Origin: Patescibacteria group bacterium
Lineage (GTDB): Bacteria; Patescibacteriota; Minisyncoccia; Portnoybacterales; UBA2143
Length of the DNA stretch: 63,776 bases
NCBI GenBank assembly: GCA_018820085.1
Contig: JAHJOV010000034.1
Location: forward strand, 1-63,776
Direction: 5' to 3'
Shown: piece by piece, positions 62,042 to 63,776 of the stretch
How the letters are laid out: each line of letters starts with the position of its first letter
How positions within the stretch are numbered: the first letter of the stretch is position 1
Translations under genes and position numbers: made by a program
Notes under the pieces: model-generated
Told to the model about the DNA's origin: nothing
Seen by the model: the letters and a program-made list of their open reading frames with translations, nothing else
Database searches by the model: none

Positions 62042-62641
62042 TTATTCCCAATCAATAACAAACTCGTGATATTGATCGCCTTTATTAACGCATTTAGTTT
62101 CTTGAATATTTATTTGGCTCGCTCTAATTATTAAGCTGGTTAAGGATTTAAAATATCCTCGGTAATAAATACAAAGAATAGGATGACTTTTAAAGTCACT
62201 GAGCCGGAGAACTAAATGGTGCTTCTTTATATCTATTTCCGGAGCCTCTAGTTTGCCGATTGAATAATGTTTTTCCCAATATTTAGCGGTTTCAGCAAAA
62301 GTTTTTTCCAAAGAAATAAAATATCTCAAAATGGTTTTAACGATAAAAGAATGTTTAGGGGCAACCTCGCCCATTTTAAATATTTCCTGCTCGCCCCAGT
62401 CGAAAGTTTCTTGGATAACCAATAAAGATAAAATGCGCCAACCCAAAGGATACCAATCAGTTGTTTTGAAATCTTTCCGATATTTAATAGCTTGACCGGT
62501 CTTCTTAATCTCCTCCTCTAATTTTTTAAGACCAGCTTCGCCTTTTTCCTCTAAAACATACTCTCGATCGGTTTGAAAAACCACTCCCCTAACTAGGCCC
62601 TTTATTTCTAATATTTTTTGGATTTCTTGGTCTTCTAACAT
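62042..62641 (-). CDS. Hypothetical protein, possibly DUF2378/H-NOX-fold-like ligand-binding module
   Basis: 199 aa. The overall layout (KGLVRGVVF... N-terminus, ...HEFVIDWE C-terminus) resembles my memory of TIGR02265/DUF2378. This is weak. Confidence 0.3.
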   Translation of the reverse strand: MLEDQEIQKILEIKGLVRGVVFQTDREYVLEEKGEAGLKKLEEEIKKTGQAIKYRKDFKTTDWYPLGWRILSLLVIQETFDWGEQEIFKMGEVAPKHSFIVKTILRYFISLEKTFAETAKYWEKHYSIGKLEAPEIDIKKHHLVLRLSDFKSHPILCIYYRGYFKSLTSLIIRASQINIQETKCVNKGDQYHEFVIDWE

Positions 62642-62667
62642 TAATTTAATTGTTTTATCTTTTGTTT

Positions 62668-63648
62668 TTAATTTCTTTTTTTATTGTTTTTAATTTCTTT
62701 TTTTAGTTCGATCATTCTTAGTTCTCGACCAATAGTTAGTTTATGGAATCTCTCTAATTCATTGACTCTCTCCCGAAGAGTTTTGGTTCTTTCTTTGACT
62801 TGTTCTTCCAGGGTTTCGGTTAATTCTCTCAATTCTTTAGTTCTGACCTCAACCTTTATTTCCAAGTTAGCTTTAGATTCCTCTATAACTAATTTAAAAT
62901 GTTCTAAGTTTTCTGCCATTTGATTAAAAGAATCAGCCAGTTCTTCTATTTCATCACCCGTCTTTATCTTAATCCGATAATTAAGATTTCCTCCGCCAAT
63001 AATCTCCGCCCCTTTGGTAAGTTGATCGATGGGTTCTCCCATTCTTTTAGCTAAAAAAATAGAGATGACCAATCCTAAAAGAATAAGTAAAATAGTGATC
63101 GCCAGACCAATAAAAAACATTTGTCTATTTTGAACAGCCACCTCTTCTAATGACAAACTTACTCTGACAAAACCACCGATTTTTTCTTCTTCCATTTGCG
63201 CAATAGGAACTAACTCCCCGCTTATGGAAACAAGAGCAAAGAAATCATAAATCTCTTTTCCTTCTTGAGTAAGACCGAATCTTTTTACAATATCCCCATT
63301 TTTTGACAATTCCTCCATTACTTCCTTGGGCATCCTTTCTTCAATTTCTGTTTTTTTTTGGGAAATAATAATATTACCATCTTGATTATAAAGGACAACC
63401 AAAATAATATCTTCTTGTTTAAAAATCCCTTGCAAAAATGGCATAATAAGAACTTCGTCTTCGGAAGCTATTGCCAAACGAGCAGAATAGGACAAATCTC
63501 TGACCAAAGAAGATCCCAATTCTTCTAATCCATGTTCAATCAAATGACTTGAACGGTTGATAAAAAAACCTAAAAATGACAAAGAAACAAAAAGAATCAG
63601 GGGAATTATATAAACTATGAATTTTACTCTAAAGCTCTTTAATCGCAT
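62668..63648 (-). CDS. Membrane sensor protein with HAMP domain and coiled-coil tail, no catalytic output
   Basis: TM1, then an extracytoplasmic region of about 150 aa, then TM2, then HAMP (PIDQLTKGAEIIGGGNLNYRIKIKTGDEIEELADSFNQMAENL), then a heptad-rich tail. Confidence 0.75.
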   Translation of the reverse strand: MRLKSFRVKFIVYIIPLILFVSLSFLGFFINRSSHLIEHGLEELGSSLVRDLSYSARLAIASEDEVLIMPFLQGIFKQEDIILVVLYNQDGNIIISQKKTEIEERMPKEVMEELSKNGDIVKRFGLTQEGKEIYDFFALVSISGELVPIAQMEEEKIGGFVRVSLSLEEVAVQNRQMFFIGLAITILLILLGLVISIFLAKRMGEPIDQLTKGAEIIGGGNLNYRIKIKTGDEIEELADSFNQMAENLEHFKLVIEESKANLEIKVEVRTKELRELTETLEEQVKERTKTLRERVNELERFHKLTIGRELRMIELKKEIKNNKKRN

Positions 63649-63776
63649 AAGAAATCGAGAAATATGAACAATAACTTCGGGTATGAAGTTTCTTAATAAT
63701 TTTATTTAACAACAATTAAATTAATTTTTACTAAAAATTATCGCCGAAACGGTTATTTCTGTATATTTATTTCCCA

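Noticed and set aside
63649-63776. Possible partial gene at the right window edge
   Set aside because: No frame shows coding-like sequence or recognisable motifs in the 128 nt available.

Overview
An AT-rich, tightly packed bacterial chromosome fragment, mostly minus-strand housekeeping genes. Gene content includes short IF-2, anaerobic NrdDG, ComEC split into two ORFs, six aminoacyl-tRNA synthetases, LOG, DUF4446, DUF3048 and many -10 boxes abutting start codons. This resembles a small-genome Patescibacteria/CPR-type organism, but that taxonomic call is inference only. I support about 70 CDS, 9 tRNAs, a tmRNA overlapping the smpB stop, several sigma70-like promoters and several hairpin terminators.

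The stand-out feature is a complete diversity-generating retroelement (DGR) at about 24.17-27.21 kb. It has a GC-rich orphan target gene whose last 125 bp (VR, 24872-24996) match the reverse complement of 26762-26886 (TR). By hand alignment the two differ at 24 positions, and every one is an adenine in the TR. The locus also has a DGR-type reverse transcriptase (IGNLASQ, YADDF) and an Avd-like four-helix-bundle gene.

DGRs are a known class, but this locus is organised oddly:
- TR and RT are on the minus strand, while target and avd are on the plus strand.
- The avd and RT start codons are divergent and only 2 bp apart.
- avd lies antisense inside the TR-RT interval.
- A rod-like structured-RNA candidate with a competing terminator lies between VR and the RT 3' end.
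- Echoes of the TR boundaries lie in a non-coding GC-rich tail.

Other notable signals:
- A genome-specific family of about 64-bp palindromic intergenic elements built on the 11-mer AGGTC-N-GACCT, always just upstream of start codons.
- An HTH, small membrane protein and LAGLIDADG endonuclease cassette wedged between dprA and topA.
- A 33-aa protein matching the RanBP2 zinc-finger spacing.
- A set of GC-richer orphan genes with strong Shine-Dalgarno sites.

All coordinates for RNAs, repeats and motifs were derived by hand and may be off by a few nucleotides. No database search or folding program was run.
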